Assembly: GCF_001272835.1 (NCBI RefSeq)
Contig: NZ_CP010546.1
Location: forward strand, 60,001-92,000
DNA length: 32,000 nt
Source of the DNA: Mycoplasmoides pneumoniae FH
GTDB taxonomy: Bacteria; Bacillota_I; Bacilli_A; Mycoplasmatales; Mycoplasmoidaceae
Direction of reading: 5' to 3'
Part shown: piece after piece, positions 31,170 through 32,000 of the stretch
How positions within the stretch are numbered: position 1 is the first letter of the stretch
How the letters are laid out: each line of letters begins with the position of its first letter
Notes under the pieces: model-generated
The model's input: the letters and a program-made list of their open reading frames with translations, nothing else
Databases searched by the model: none
Told to the model about the DNA's origin: nothing
Translations under genes and position numbers: made by a program

Positions 31170-32000
31170 TTATTTTAAGAGATCCGCGTAACGGTTTTTA
31201 GCTTTATTCGCAATCACAAACTGTCACTGCGTTATTCTCCACTTCTTTGTCATTTCACTTACACATTCATCACCGTTTTTAATTCAGGATGATGGGAGGT
31301 AAATAATGACCCAGTTAATAACTAGAAGGAGTGATACAAACAAGACAATAGCGGCAATGGCACCTGGCAGAATATTGGCACTTGTATTACCAGTAGCAAT
31401 TCTTGGTGCATCTAAAAAGACAGACGTAATAATGTCAAAGATGCTGTAGAAGACGTAAGCAAAGCCTCACACATAACCAAAGATAATAGAAACTTCGTTG
31501 CGCTTGTATTCCTTGTACTCGTAAGGGAGAATCAAGATCGAGCTACCTAAACTTCAACCAAAACCACCAGCAATAAAGGTAAAGATACCCACAAACGTAA
31601 AGCCAACCACAGTATTTAAACCAAGCGTTGCAGCAAAGATTACTATTAACAACACCAACACGGCGTTGGCCGTAAAGATAAAGTGGAGCCAACGCTTCTT
31701 GTCATAAATTGTTTTGTTAAACGGTGACAGTAAGAAGTAACCCAAGAGGTAACCCATTACCCAGAGAATTAATAAGATTGGACGGGCAGTTGGAATAATT
31801 GCTTTTTTAGCACCTGAAATAGCTAACAAGCTGTTAAACCAGGTTTGGGTTAACGGGTTAATTAAGAGAATTGTACCTACACCAGCTATTGCCAACAGCT
31901 TCCAAGTTGTTTTGCGTTTCAAAATTGATAACGCACTTGGTCTCACACTCAAGCTTTGATTGGTTTTTGATTGCTTTTGGGGCAACATGTGATCGACCTT
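31170..32000 (-). CDS. MFS transporter, UhpT/GlpT-like, paralog 2 (5' end lies beyond the window)
   Basis: The frame of track ORF 31554..31988 is read through TGA codons to TAA at 31170-31172. The C-terminal half aligns by eye with paralog 1 (ILILP-EYKEYKR-EVS--FGY-WGF, ILPGAIA, NGDE-VSEMTKKW, NRYADLLK). Confidence 0.85.

Overview
This window reads as a Mycoplasma-type genome segment that uses translation table 4 (UGA = Trp). Nearly every gap between adjacent same-frame ORFs in the supplied standard-code track is an in-frame TGA. Reading through TGA restores full-length housekeeping genes. The gene order and the protein lengths I derive (GlpK 508 aa, GlpD 384, lipoprotein 657, HPr 88, PotA 560, PotB 286, TsaD 319, Ffh 450, DeoD 238, DeoC 224, DeoA 421, Cdd 133, ManB 554, NusG 320) match my recollection of the Mycoplasma pneumoniae glpK-to-uhpT region (about MPN050-MPN077). 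That match is from memory and was not checked by a search. The content, in order: a 5'-truncated coiled-coil protein gene; glpK-glpD on the minus strand; a BMP-family lipoprotein gene and ptsH; a 2.6 kb AT-rich non-coding island holding a frameshifted lipoprotein gene between two arrays of degenerate T-rich direct repeats; a gap-free potABC / potD-like / tsaD / metK polycistron; ffh; the deoD-deoC-deoA-cdd-manB nucleoside salvage cluster; a minus-strand chain smpB-prs-rnmV-rsmI-membrane protein-rpmG-secE-nusG with overlapping boundaries; a family-2 glycosyltransferase; and two tandem paralogous MFS (UhpT/GlpT-like) transporters. I saw no rRNA, tRNA, CRISPR array, transposase or phage genes. 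The most unusual items are the repeat-flanked AT-rich island (7.8-10.4 kb), a coiled-coil insertion of about 208 aa inside the PotA ABC ATPase, several small TGA-rich ORFs the track cannot see, and extreme gene packing (a convergent 33-nt CDS overlap and divergent start codons 6 bp apart).
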